From Octopus sinensis (Eukaryota): a DNA stretch of 64,000 nucleotides. Positions within the stretch are counted from its first letter, which is position 1. Each line of letters begins with the position of its first letter. Below the pieces are notes generated by a model. The model was given only the letters and a program-made list of their open reading frames with translations. It did not search any database and was not told where the DNA came from. Location: contig NC_043002.1 of NCBI RefSeq assembly GCF_006345805.1, forward strand, positions 105,152,001 to 105,216,000, written 5' to 3'. The translations under genes and the position numbers were made by a program. This document shows, piece by piece, positions 12,767 through 27,470 of the stretch.

Positions 12767-12924
12767 TAGGCGCAGGTATTGCTGTGTGGTGAAAAGCTTG
12801 CCTTCCGACCACATGGTTCTGGCTTCGAACTCACTGCATGATACCTCGGGTAAGTATCTTCTTCCAAAGCCTTAAGGCTTGCGAACAGATTTGGCAGACG
12901 AAATTATAAGACGTCATTCGTATG

Positions 12925-12974
<50 letters not shown>

Positions 12975-13050
12975 TGTGTCTGTCTGTCTGTGTTTGTCTC
13001 CCACGACTGCTTGACAACTTGTGTTGTGTTCACTTCCCGTGTTTACTGTC
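12767..13050 (+). mobile_element. SINE family B, 5' part with internal (TG)n
   Basis: Head taggcgcaggtattgctgtgtggtgaaaagcttgc..ggttctggcttcgaactcactgc. Confidence 0.8.
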
Positions 13051-13054
13051 TCTA

Positions 13055-13725
13055 GCAAGAACTCATATACACGGTCAAGATCAAAGACCACAAATGATTA
13101 AGAAAGACGTATATTGGAATGACGTGTAAATCATTTAAGGAGAGCTATACACAACCGCAGGAGACATTCAGAATCAGAAAAAAGCATGCAGAATCCCTGT
13201 TATATACGATATTGACATTAACGGGAGGTAATCTAAGCAACCCCAAGAGAGAATGGATAATTGTTGCTACAACAAAGTGTACAGAGCATGGTGTACCAAT
13301 TGTAGATTCAGTATTACTGAAAACTAAGCATTATAGAATCAACAAATAACATCCTAAACATTAGGGATGAAACCTTCTCTCCCTGCATACACAATCAATA
13401 TGTTACACTCGAATACTTCAAAGAAGAGCCACCACCTGCGACGTATACCCCACCAGTATAACCTGTTTCCTGAAAGCGAAACCTGAACATACATAACACA
13501 CAAACTCCACACACAGATAAGATATGCCTCAATGACAAACTGCCTCCGCACACAAGTATAAGAACACTACTACACCCAAAACAAAAGCAACATAATGCAA
13601 ACAGTTAGCCAAAAAACAAAACGAAGGGAAACAAATAGCCAAATAATGCCACCGAAGAGTAATGTCCTTTGACTCGTAATTTTATTTTACGAGAGCTCAT
13701 GAGAATCATAGCGAACTAAACGAGA
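13055..13725 (+). mobile_element. Penelope-like element 3' end: GIY-YIG endonuclease remnant plus 3' UTR
   Basis: ELIYTVKIKDHK*LRKTYIGMTCKSFKESY..ETFR (Y..YIG motif), then with frameshifts NCRFSITE and NNILNIRDETFSPCIH (cf. PLE CxLCLxEK..LNKRSE..CRH). Confidence 0.75.
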
Positions 13726-13863
13726 CTGTGTTTCCAAAATGGAGGCGAGCATATGATCGCCTTGAAAAATTATTGAGACACTTGTTTATTTTCCTATTTT
13801 CTTTACATGAAATCAATGGTAGACCTAATTCCCAAATAAAGAAATTATATCCGCCAATGCGGC

Positions 13864-13993
13864 CTCAGTCAATTGTCTGCAGCCATGCTGAAGCAACGCC
13901 TTTAGTCGAGCAAATCGTCCCCAGCACTTATTCTTTGTAAGCCTATGACTTATTCTATCGGTGTGTTTTGCCGAACAGCTAAGTTAAGGGTAC
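13864..13993 (-). mobile_element. SINE family B, 3' half
   Basis: tcagtcaattgtctgcagccatgctg...cctttagtcgagcaaatcg...ttctttgtaagcct. Confidence 0.8.
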
Positions 13994-14684
13994 GTATATA
14001 TGATATTATTATTTTTTATCACTTTTATTATATAGTTTTTATTAGCTTTTGTTATTTTTTATTATTTGAATTTTTAATATAAACATGTTTGCCATCCAAG
14101 TCTTAAATCCCTATAAGTACGATTGCAATTGCGGATATAAAGTACTAACAACCGAAAAATGTTTATCTTCTACAAATATAGATAGATAGATAGAATGATA
14201 GATAATATACATATAATCAAATGAATAATAATATAAGATATCTATTGTATGTTAGAATAACAACAACGCACAATTCAACGTAATGCGTGCTTTGGACCAA
14301 ACCCTAGGCGCCAAATGCTCATAGGGTTCGTTTTCTCCGATGACACAACCGGAATGTCCGATTTGATATTTACCAACCAAAGGCCCGAACCACAGGTTTA
14401 TCCAATCCTACACGGAACATATATTTTCAATTACTTGATTCTATTTGAAACTTTATTTTACTACGTGTGCGTGTGGGGGAGTTGTGTTCGTGTATGTGTG
14501 TATATGAAATATAAGCAGCACTAGTCTAGTAAACATTATCATCTTCATAAAATTAATTTATATCCCTCGTGTATTTGCCGGGCAGCTGTAATATGGGGTG
14601 GGGGTGGATAATATTCTTTCAAATTGCCACATGTTAAAACACCTGAAAGCCATGGGCAGGCGAGATAGCAAAGTGACTTCTATA

Positions 14685-15205
<521 letters not shown>

Positions 15206-15865
15206 ATAGATATCCATATCAATGCCGCTGTCAATTTGCCTGCATACAATATCGCACAAATATTGATAAACGTTATGTGCAGTGATTAATAATAAATGAA
15301 ATCAGTACCTAGCATACAAAAACACCAATGACTACCAAATATTTCTAGAATGACAAACGATTATATCATGAGGCACATCAGCAACATGAACAAAACCAAT
15401 TTTCAACTTGCTGTCACATCGATTAGCCAAACTCCAAGCTGAACCATCTGACAAAACACGTCTTCGATTCCACCGCAGACGTCTCGTGTCAAAAACGTAT
15501 TGTTTAGATTGCGTCAAATTAACATGATTTTACTTAGTTTAATTGTACTGATTATCCCCATGTGAAACAGAAAATACAAGATTAAAATCTATCACCAGAA
15601 GCGGCTTTAAGTGGTCTTTTAGCACAATGTGTTTACTTAAGAGAGTCGTAACTCGGTTTTAAAACAAAGATCGCTGTCGAAGATTGAGTTTATTTTCTGC
15701 GAAATCAAATTCACTAATGTAATTACAACTTGCTTGCTTTTGAACATTGCAACTCAATCTTTAAATCTAAAAACAAATTGAAAATTTACGTTTCTTCACA
15801 AAGCAATAACAACCAATAACATATTATTGAATCTTTATATAGGTACACACAAATACACACACATA

Positions 15866-15900
<35 letters not shown>

Positions 15901-15905
15901 CTATT

Positions 15906-15958
<53 letters not shown>

Positions 15959-17749
15959 ATACATATACATACATACATATATATATATATACACACACGT
16001 ATACATATATGTTTGTATGATTTTGAAGAATAAATAAAATCTATTTGTCTTGTTATTTATTTTATATGTTTTGTGTATTTTTATATCGCATTATTATTTC
16101 AGTTTGTCTTTCTAATACACTTGTCTGTAAGATAGAGTGATTTGGAGATATCTAAGAAATATTGCTGGTAATTGTCTTCTTTGTCTCTCAGATCAGAAGT
16201 TATTTAACGAAGCTCAGTGGAGTCTTCTCTCACCTCGTGTATATCCAAAATGGAAGCCACTTCATTTCAACGTATTTTTCAGTTCCTTTATACAAGCATC
16301 GTTTAGTCCCCAAAGCAATATATTTGAGTGAGATTGTCACATTTCTTTTTCATTTATGATAATCACTCTTTCCATTTACAGGGAAAACTGTTAGATGATA
16401 TTACCCTAGAAAGCATTCAAATCCAGACCGTGAAATTGCGTTCAAATATTGCAGCACCAACTTAATATTTCACATTTCCATTGCTGATAATATAATGTGA
16501 TTTGGTGGATATAACAGAATTTCACCAGTAGGTGCAGTACACACGCGCCTGAAAATGTTGAAAGCATGAAAACTCTACTAATGAGGGCAAATTGATTACA
16601 TTCGTCATAAATAACATGGATATATTAGTTGCAATATTAGAACAGGTCGAAATTAAGTTCAATCAATTAGTTTCCAATGGTTTCTCTCGTTTCTTTCATG
16701 ATCTACTTGTTGCAGATATTATTTAATAGTTTTACTCTCAGTAGGAAAAGCAAAGTTCCGATGTTATGCCAAATAGTTTAATTAAATTATTTACGGTGTT
16801 GCAATTATTTTGTATCTGTTTGTCCATATTATTATCTTTCTTACAGAAAACCTACTTTTCAGTCGATCTTTTTCTTCACCGTTCTCTATTAGTTATTCTT
16901 TATAGTTTGGCTAAAGAGGGTTCTTAAAGTTATAAATGCATTTATATTTTTAAAAATCTTCGTTGCCTCATCTACAAAATAAAATTTGGCTACAATTTTG
17001 TGTTATTCAAGCGCTTTGTTAATAAACTTATGAATAAACTTACAATAGATATTACCATCAACGTCAGATTCAAAAGTTGTACCAATTTAAGTCTTAGTAG
17101 ATATATTTTGATCTATTTTTCTTCAAATTAAATGTAATATTGTATGACCAAATGTTTCAAATACGTATACTCTTAAATCTGTTGTCAACTAATTTTTTGG
17201 CGTTTGACTATATGTTCTTCACTGCATTATGAAGATTGGGCAACATTATATTTGTTACTTGTTGTGAATGCATGGTAAGGCAACGATAAAAATACCATGT
17301 TCCTGTGTCCTATGTATCAATATATTCAATATATGGACGCCATAAAACAATACAAGAAACAAAACGCCCGGACTTTTCGCAGTTCTGCAAACATTAAAAT
17401 TCAGCAAATCAAATCACCCTAACCTCCGTGAACGAAGTGTACTAAGGTTATGAAGATGGTTGAATAAATGAAAGGAAACCATTAAACAAACAAAAAACGG
17501 ACAAACTCACAGAAAATTTTCTAATAACTCATTGATAATGTGTATCAGAAAATATGTGTGTGCGTTTGTGTATACCTATGTGTTTTCACAAATATATGTA
17601 ACGTCCTAACACTCGGTGCTGGCTCTAAATTATAAGAAAAAGACAAGTAATACACGGTATTGACTTATAAATTTTTACTGTACTTGCTAGTGTAATATTA
17701 TTGCAAAACGATACATGTGAGAGTGTCTATAGATAGATACACACAGACG

Positions 17750-18000
<251 letters not shown>

Positions 18001-19943
18001 TGGATGGATGGATGCGTTTATGTGTTTATGTATATATATATACGATCGTACACTGTTGTGAAGCGGTTGGTTACTGCAACAAAACGAATTAATGCAGAAG
18101 AATGAAAGGGAGAAATAAAAATTTTAGAATTGCTATGAACTTCAATTAGAATTTTGATGAAAATTTCCATTTTAGAAAGGGAAGTGAATATTCAAGAATA
18201 ACACACACACGCGCGCCTGCATGTATATAGGGAGAGAGAGAGAGAGAGAGGGGGGGGAGAGAGAAAGAGAGAGTGACTGAGCGAGAGGAAGAGATAAAGA
18301 AAGCGGGAATGATACATACATTCATATAAAGCTTATTGATTTTAACAGTAACCCAGACTGTTGGCCAGTTTCTCTACTATAACAAAGTATTCTATTAATG
18401 ATCCACTGTACTATTAAAGGTTTTTGCCGTGTTAGTGGACTAAGTGCTAATGTTACGTAGATTTATTTGAACATTTCTCTAAATATCCTTTTAACGCTTA
18501 AGCAGCGACTGTGACCTTTCGCGGAGTTTCTGTTTGACTGAGGACAGAAAATGGAAATGTTACTTTCTGACAGGAATCCTGGCTCAGATGCTTGCAAATG
18601 ATTAACCGCCATTAAAAGCACAAGGAGCCAGCAACGGGTTGTTCAACCAGATAGTGTATTAAGTAAATCACAACGAAAGCACGTTTGTTCCGATGACCTT
18701 CCACGCAGGTACTGCTTACAAAATTTCATTCATAATGTTTGTTTAGACGATCGTCAACATGTCAAAAGCCTCTCGTTAAAGATACAGCAGACAAAGACTA
18801 AACAAGGGACCAGTGAAGAGACAAACTGGACTACATAGCCATACACACATCCACTTTTTTTTATATTGTACATAGCGAAATACAGTCTACTGTATTAAAA
18901 TCGTGCAGAGGACAGTGTTATACAGATCTGTCAAATGCGATGATGTGATGCTATATTTGATGAGAACATCTACAGCAGTTGACGCCGTGCTGTTGTAAAG
19001 AGTTTGCATCAGTGAATCGTTTAAAATAGGCCGAAACATGTTCGGGTTTTACTGTAATACATGCAGAAAAAATTACCATATTAATGAATGGTTACTATTT
19101 TATTTTCTTCAACACATAATTATCCCTAATTAGTTGTTTGACGCTTCACCACTTGATTGGTTACCATTCACTGGTTTAAAAGTAGATAGCCGACATTGCA
19201 CAAATCTGAATCAAGCATAAAGAGCAGAAGAAAATAGAAAAAGGACTTAGAGTGGTTATAGGTACCGTGAAGATCAACAGATATTTCTACATAAAAATAG
19301 AATACGTAATGCAAAGGAGTGCAATCTGTAACAGCCTACTACTTATAGATAGATTTATATTCTATGACAGAGGAAAAGAATTCAGTGGAGCGTTCTGTTT
19401 CAAAGATCCAATTGTGAGTTTCGTTACATCGAACACCATCGAAATTCATTCTCCATCACAAAAGCCAGGTGTGAAACGTTAGAGAGGTTTCACAATAAAA
19501 TACTTAGCCATTGATTTATTTGTATTCTTTGTATTATATTATCTGATGCATATTCTGCAGCCAAAGCGACGAGCCGACAGATATGTGGGCGCACCGGAAA
19601 AATTGCTTTCAGGCATTTCTTCAGAATTTTCCTTCTCAGTTCAAATACCACTGTAATCAACTTTGCCAGGTGTTGAGGTGTTGCCTTATCTTTATATAGT
19701 AGACAGTACCAACCATATCGCATTTGAAATCTGACTGTTAAGTACTTACGTTGTTCAGTCAAATGCTTATGTTTTAGTAGCTAATCCCTGATATTCATAC
19801 GACAATGCAATATTTTGTCTGTAATTTCTATTATATAATATACATCGCAAAAGAAATAAAGGTTGGGACCAATACCAGCAGCAAGACAAACGGAGACAAC
19901 ATATCTAGCTTGAAATATAATAACATTTGCACTGATTTGGCCA

Positions 19944-19980
<37 letters not shown>

Positions 19981-21325
19981 GAAGAGGGAGAGAAAGGGAT
20001 GGATCCGCACATATGTAAATACACATACATACACACACACATATATATATATAATTTATTTCGTTACATTTCAAACCTGCTATATATTGTAAGATTACTA
20101 TTCCACTGCGCGCACACACACACACACATACACATACGTACATACACAGATGCACACACATATATATTTATATACATATACATATTCATAATGTATATAT
20201 ATTTACAATAAAGCCAACGACACAAGGAATGGCGAAACATTCGACCAGCACTAGTATAGTATAATTGGTTTGAATCGTGAACTTCCAGCAGACAGGATAG
20301 GCTTTTAATTTAGTTTAGTGTTGTTTGATGAAGAATTCTCTGTATATTCGTATATAGAACCAGAACGAAGGTGTCTTAGTACATTCTCATTACTTTATAC
20401 TTATCTAAAAATGTTTAGATGTTAGAATTAAATTAATATAATCTTTCAACGAATTATAAATGTATAAAGATATCAAATGTTTATTTCTTTTTCTAGCCAA
20501 ACGTTTGAAAATAGAGTTCCGTTGCAAATTCCACAGAGTGTTATCGACTACTATTCGGACACACATATACACAGAGAAACACGTACATATAAACACATGC
20601 TCATAGATACGCGCACGCATACATATACAAACATTAGTGATATTTCGAATATATTTATTGACTGCGTAAATAAAAACAGACTATTTATATACGTCTCTTT
20701 ATAGCGTTAGTTAATAACCTATCAATACATTCGGTAGAAGAGTACACATACACACACACACACTCACTCACATACACGCCCGCATATTTGAATGCATGGA
20801 TGTACGTTTATGCGTGTATGTATGTGTAATTCGTTACAATAGGCCATATGTTTCGTTGTCGTTATATATAATAGAATAAACTTTGCCCTTGACTGTAGCT
20901 TTCAATCCGTAATGATCATGCGTCGATCTGGTTTTACATGTATCATGTAAACATCATTCCTTGTAGAATGCACTTCATAGTTTTATTTAATTCCCTTCAT
21001 TAACCTCCATAAATTACAACACACTTGTTTCTTGTAAACCCTAAATTTTCAGACTTTTGTTATTTACCAGGTTGTTTTTTCAAGACCTTCTAATAGTTTT
21101 ACATAAAATTTATTTTAAACAGTTTACTCAATTAGCTACCTTGCTTCCCTTTCTCTACGCAACTGATTTGATCCTCATTTAAGATTTTAAAGTTAACTAA
21201 CCCCTACTGATATTTCAAGCAGGTATTTTGGGGGCATATTATTTCTTTCATATTTTCGTTCCTATTCCATTCAAATTAATTTCCCGTCATCTTCACACAG
21301 TTAATACATTACACCTCCCATGGCA

Positions 21326-21442
21326 GTCTTCTTCTTCTTCTTCTTCTTCTTCTTCTTCTTCTTCTTCTTCTTCTTCTTCTTCTTCTTCTTCTTCTTCTTC
21401 TTCTTCTTCTTCTTCTTCTTCTTCTTCTTCTTCTTCTTCTTC
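21326..21442. repeat. Long pure (TTC)n tract followed by a pyrimidine-rich stretch
   Basis: Directly visible uninterrupted TTC run. Confidence 0.98.
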
Positions 21443-22260
21443 ACTTCTTCAATTTCTTCCTCTTCTCCTTCTACATTTTTTCTTCCTCTTTTACATCTTC
21501 TTCTTTTCCTCCTCCTCCTCCTCCTACTACTACTACTTCTAATTCTTCTGCATCACTTCTTTTTCTTGTTTTCTTCTTCTTTCTCTCCTCTGTTCTCTCT
21601 GTCATTTTATCATCGTTATATTTCTTAGATCTTGTGACCTTACACACACACACACATACAAACACTCACTCAAGCACACTGACAGACACACCCATAAACA
21701 AATAAATATAAACATTAATACCGTGTCACTCACTTTGCCGCTATTCTATGGGTCTATCAATTTATTTAAGCTCTAATTCAGATTAATGATTTTCAGATTG
21801 GCCTGATTATTCACGATCGGAACGTAGCGCTAATCTATGATAAAACATCTCGAATAAAATAAAAGTATTTTACGTGAATATTTGAAGGAGTATTTGGTTG
21901 ACGTTACTGATATCATTTCTCCGTACTGTTACTACTTAGTAGTGAATTCTATAACTTAAGAGGTGGTTTGTACAGAGATAATGGCCTGTTTGTTATGTCT
22001 AGTGTTTTCTCCACGCTTCAGACAAATTTATGTAGAATTTCGTTCTCTTCCTCAAAGATATTAGTTATTTTTTCTATAGTATTAGTCGTGTATCAATTAC
22101 TTCGGATTTTTTCCGACATTACCTGGAATCGTACTCGAAGATCATTTTACATAAATAGAAAACTTATTGAAATCTCTAGTTTCAAAAATAAATTTTCAAA
22201 CAATCTTAAACATTAAAGTTAATTCATTAGAAATATATCTAAGATTTTCTTGTTTGTCAG

Positions 22261-22449
22261 CTAACGAGCACAGTTTTAATTGCCTCTTAAATCCTATTAT
22301 ATCGAAAGATAGATTTGCTGTAAATAAGGAATATGTTCAATACGACCAAGAAGATAACTATAAATCTGGGAATATTTCGTATAATTCACTAGTTAATATG
22401 AAAGCGACATCCGTTTTTCAGTCAAGAAGCATTTTCCCAAATATCATAG
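22261..22449 (+). CDS. Candidate internal coding exon of an unknown gene (189 nt, phase 1-1)
   Basis: Acceptor ttttcttgtttgtcag, donor AG|gtatta, open frame ANEHSFNCLLNPIISKDRFAVNKEYVQYDQEDNYKSGNISYNSLVNMKATSVFQSRSIFPNII. No homolog recognised. Confidence 0.25.
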
Positions 22450-22964
22450 GTATTATATGATATGTAATATGAATACTATTAAATCATTTTACTCCACAGC
22501 TTGGAACTACGCTCATAATTTATATGTTTGAATGTATCTAAATTAGCAGGAATTAATATCAGTGATGCACCCATGCATGTGATGTTGGTAAACATGATGC
22601 AATTCGTATTGGCGTTATTAAGAAATTTTTTCTTTAGGATTAGCCAATTCACAAGCTAGTGTGTACGTGTATGTTTAACATCCCCACCCGAGGCGAATCA
22701 ATAACCTGATGCCAGTCGATTTATGGTCACCTATCACATAAACAATCGTTCATTTCAGCATATTTGTGTGTTTCTTATGTGCATGAGTGCGAGTATTGGT
22801 GGGTCGTATGTGCACTGTGTGTGTGTAAATGTTTGTGCACCTATTCACATTGTTGTATTAAATTTATTTCGATTCCTGTTTAGAACAGCAATGGGTGACG
22901 TGTATATTTGTGTGTACAAAGTTTCATCTTGACTGCATTTCGATTAAATTAAAATAGAAAACGT

Positions 22965-23270
22965 AAAGGGTAAAGACCCCCTTCTGTCATAAATGAACAT
23001 TGACTTGCACCAGCAAAGTTATTCTCCGAGACACAAGTGGGGCCAGGTTGCATATAGAGGGCCAGCATCGCCCATGCACACCAGCTCCCCACTCTCCACG
23101 CCACCGATGTTATCTACGGGAAAGGCAAAGGCCGATACAGCTTGGCACTGCAACTCATTTCTAAAGCTGAGTGAAGTGGAGCAACCTGAAATAAAGTGTC
23201 TTGCTCAAGAACAAAACACACAGCCCGGTCCGAGCATCGAACTCACTACTTCACGGTTGTGAGCCCGACG
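22965..23270 (-). mobile_element. SINE family C (tRNA head plus CORE-like central domain), internally deleted copy
   Basis: aaagggtaaagacccc...ctgaaataaagtgtcttgctcaagaacaaaacacacagcccggtcc matches 60261-60600. Confidence 0.85.
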
Positions 23271-23680
23271 AGAAAGGAGGAAGACAAGTTACAGTAAGGT
23301 GAAGAGAATGAAAGAAAGACTAGAGTCAGGAATGAAAAATGAAGGAAGGGGTCACTTGATAGAAGGAGGGGGATAAGATTGCCGAAATTTGGGAAAGGGA
23401 GATAATAAACGTTTAGTGTTTCTAATCAGATCAACACAAATAAACATATTTGCATTGCTTTTAGGTGATACATAATATTTGGTCAGTAGTTCTATCAAAC
23501 GTATATACATAGATATATATTTATACATATATGCACATACATATATGTAGACAAATATATATACACATATGTATATATATAAATACATTTATATGAATCA
23601 TGGTTGTCTGTTACTGTTATATATATATATATGTATGTATATTTTTATATGTATATATATATATATATAATATACATATG

Positions 23681-23734
<54 letters not shown>

Positions 23735-23764
23735 CATACATATATAGATCGCTGACCACAAAAG

Positions 23765-23955
23765 ATTTTTTTATTTTCTCTCCCTCTGCTTATTTCTGTG
23801 TTCGTTTCTGTCGGAGAGCTTAGGCTCGAAACGTTAAAGACTGTCTCACTTCCCGAGCGTTAAACTAATACATCTGTTTGTTGTTTACACACCCTTCTTC
23901 GTCTTTTCCCTTTTCCTGCTTTTTTGGTTGTATTTTTTTTGTAAATTCCAACTAT
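23765..23955 (+). repeat. PLE pseudo-LTR-type short repeat with a degenerate minimal hammerhead-like motif (23808-23835)
   Basis: ctgtcgga-gagc-ttag-gctc-gaaac-gtt; related copy at 6968-6994. Confidence 0.5.
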
Positions 23956-25789
23956 ATATAACAGTACTTCTGTAAAACTAGTTTAATGGGAAAGTTTTTT
24001 TTATATTTGCCGTGTCATGCTTTTATCTTTGGTTTAATACGACCAGCATATTTTGTGCTTAATGTTTCAGTGCAAATAATATCCATCTTCGATTCAAAAC
24101 ACCATACAATCATTTTTGGCAAAGGTAAGGTGTCTGAAACCAACACATACCTTTCGTTTACTCCCGGACAACTGCTTATTAAAAGGGCAAACAATACTCT
24201 TTCTAGAACGAATGGTAGGGTGCAGATTAACGTCATCGTTTATTTAGTTTATGTAGGTTAACGAAGTTAGGTAAAGTGTTTCATAACATGTCTACATTTG
24301 CTTCAGACGAGTATTTTTTTGTCACCACCGTTCACAACATAAACCAATTAACTCCAAGCCGTACAAGAAGCATAATCGTTCCACCCTGAAACAAAGCAAG
24401 AATAGAAAAGCTAAAGTGAGTGCCACTAAACTGATTTTACAAATTGAAGCTAAATCTCTCGAACATAACATAAAGATCAATGAAAGAATCATCATGTGGT
24501 TGCTGAGGAGGCTTCAGGTGGTGTCCTAATTTGATCAGAATACCAAAGGAATTTTCCTTTTACATCATAATGCTTTTTTGACAGAAGATTCTGTGCTGAT
24601 GATCCTTAGTACATTGTATCACGTGATGTGCAGCATGGTCATCTTTTAAATAACACTCACAGTATATTTACTCAATAAATTTGGTTTGAATCCAAACGAC
24701 AATAAGAGGTATATAGACACATCGGCAACTACAACAAGCTAAAATCGTACCAGTTGTCACTCTAAGTTTTTCCAGCACAGCGAAATTTTTTCGTTCTATT
24801 TTGGAATTTTAAAATATAAGACATTCCTGACATCATAAAAAATAATAATCCATGAATTTTGAAATATATTAAATGCATAGCAATATAGATTCCTGCAAAT
24901 AATTGGATTCTGATATAGATGTTCTGTGAGAATTTTTCAGAATTTTCGCTCTCCCATTATTATTATTGCTGGGCGTTGAATTACAGAAGAAACGAATTCT
25001 ATTGAATTATAAACCACGGTATATTACTTTTGAGAAGTATATTTTTTTATAATTAATTTTTTCGTGAAGGTCAAGTTTACTTTGAACGCTTTGATCGCGC
25101 TGGTTACGCGCCATCAAATACTGTAAGAAACGTTGTTTGTATATTTACACTTAAATCTTCCATTTTAAATTTCCTTTCCTAATTAAGTGAAGCGTCTATG
25201 AAATCTTCTAATGTGCAATCAATCATACCAGCAGCAAAATGACATCAGTACCATTTCAATGAATGGCGGTGGTGTAGGTGTGCCTGTCCATATATCCACT
25301 AACATAACATCGGCAGATTTTACACAATTTTTTTTCCACAGAGTATACATATATACATTGCTTTATATATTTATTTTACATATATATTTTATAGAACTAT
25401 TTTATACAAAAGGTTTTTTTTTTTTGCTTTTTCCCAGTAGCTTCCTGGTAATATTGGAAATAAAAACGATTTAAAAAAAATAAAACATAAAAATATAAAT
25501 GAAATATAATAATAAAAAGTTACATAAAAACTGAAAGAAAACAAATAAAAACGGACAAGAAAACTTTGAGGAAAAAAATGGAACATATATCGCAATTTCT
25601 GTCAAAATAAAAGAATAATATCTTTGCCTTCTTTTGATCAAATATATTTTAGCTGGAGATTTGATTTTCATTACGATAAAATCAACAAAAAACGTTGTAG
25701 TTGCGTAAGAAAATCCAGGGTACTAATGATGAGATACGCCACCACCAACACCAACACCACAACAACAGCACCAACAAACGCAATAGATA

Positions 25790-25900
25790 ATATATAATAA
25801 TAATAATAATAATAAATACTAATATATAATAATAATAATAGTAATAATAATAATAGTAATAGTAATAATAATAATAAAAATAATATAATAATAATGAATG

Positions 25901-25950
<50 letters not shown>

Positions 25951-25967
25951 TAATAATAATGATGATG

Positions 25968-26012
<45 letters not shown>

Positions 26013-26015
26013 GTA

Positions 26016-26060
<45 letters not shown>

Positions 26061-26068
26061 TAATAATA

Positions 26069-26099
<31 letters not shown>

Positions 26100-26101
26100 T
26101 A

Positions 26102-26149
<48 letters not shown>

Positions 26150-26150
26150 T
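25790..26150. repeat. (AAT)n microsatellite block
   Basis: Directly visible. Confidence 0.97.
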
Positions 26151-26440
26151 CATTACAGCAAATGCAAAAATAAAAGAAAATTAGCTTCCAGTGAATGTGA
26201 AATAGTTTACTCTGATCCCACGTCCATATCCAGTAATTAATTCGTGTTATGGATCACGTTTATTATAAGGTTACGATGAGATATAACAAAAATAAAACAT
26301 TGTAAATGCACTACGAAAGGAAAAGATCGAAATTAACTTGACATTCGTGTACGTGTGTATATATGTATGTAGACACGCATACAAACTCACAAACATACAC
26401 ATACATGTGTGTGCGTGTATGTGTGTATGGAGGGATGCAC

Positions 26441-26471
<31 letters not shown>

Positions 26472-26738
26472 TTTATGTATGTATGTATGAATGCATGTAT
26501 GTATGTATAAGGTTGTATCACTTTAAGATATTTATTTTTGTACCAAGAGAGCAAACGTAACAGAAAATGGCAGAGAGTTCTTGTTATCAGAATGTGGATG
26601 TAATAATAAACAGGAAATCGAAAGATACGCGAATGACATCTTAATGGTAGTAAGTGTTGCTTAAACTGTGACGAAGAGGAAGCTCCCTCATCTTCGATTG
26701 GGGAAAGCGAACATATATATATATATATGTGTGGTGTG

Positions 26739-26769
<31 letters not shown>

Positions 26770-26934
26770 TGTGTGTGTCTGTGTGTGTGTATGCATACAT
26801 AAACACACCCACACGCACATACTTAAGCTACATTGTTGTATTTTCTAAAGCAAATATCTATGTTACTATATTGCTAGACAGATAACAAGTGTTTGTTGTG
26901 TTTGTGTGTGTGTGCGTGTGAGACAGACAGAAAA

Positions 26935-26957
26935 ACGATAGATAGATATATAGATAA

Positions 26958-27030
<73 letters not shown>

Positions 27031-27045
27031 CAGATAGATAGATAT

Positions 27046-27091
<46 letters not shown>

Positions 27092-27092
27092 G

Positions 27093-27143
<51 letters not shown>

Positions 27144-27470
27144 CAGAAGATAGATATTATAGATAGATAGACAAAAGATAGATAGATGATAGATAGACGA
27201 CGATAGATATAAAGATAGATAGATAATAGATAGATGATAAATAGATAGATAGATAGATTAGATAATAGATAGATAGAATGGATAGAATATATAGATAGAT
27301 GATAGTAGATGATAATATATAGATAGACAGATAGATAGATAGATAATATATAGAAGATAACAGATAGATAGATATATAGATAGATAGACAGAAAGATAGA
27401 TAGATAGATAGATAGACAGATAGATAGATAAATAGATAGATAGATAGATAGATAGACAGATAGATAGATA
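26935..27470. repeat. Degenerate (GATA)n block
   Basis: Directly visible. Confidence 0.97.

Noticed and set aside
14330-14372. CCGAUGA...GAAUGUC hammerhead-like string
   Set aside because: No stem I or stem II complementarity and a non-canonical core.
16192-16327. Candidate exon after a good acceptor (ttctttgtctctcag) with two open frames
   Set aside because: Splicing at the best donor to the next acceptor (16381) gives early stops and a 53-nt intron; no recognisable product.
19252-19762. Two non-repetitive ORFs (76 aa +, 90 aa -)
   Set aside because: No recognisable motif or convincing splice signals; lengths are compatible with chance.
26547-26649. Candidate exon ending in a strong GTAAGT donor
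   Set aside because: Weak, ambiguous acceptor and no recognisable peptide.
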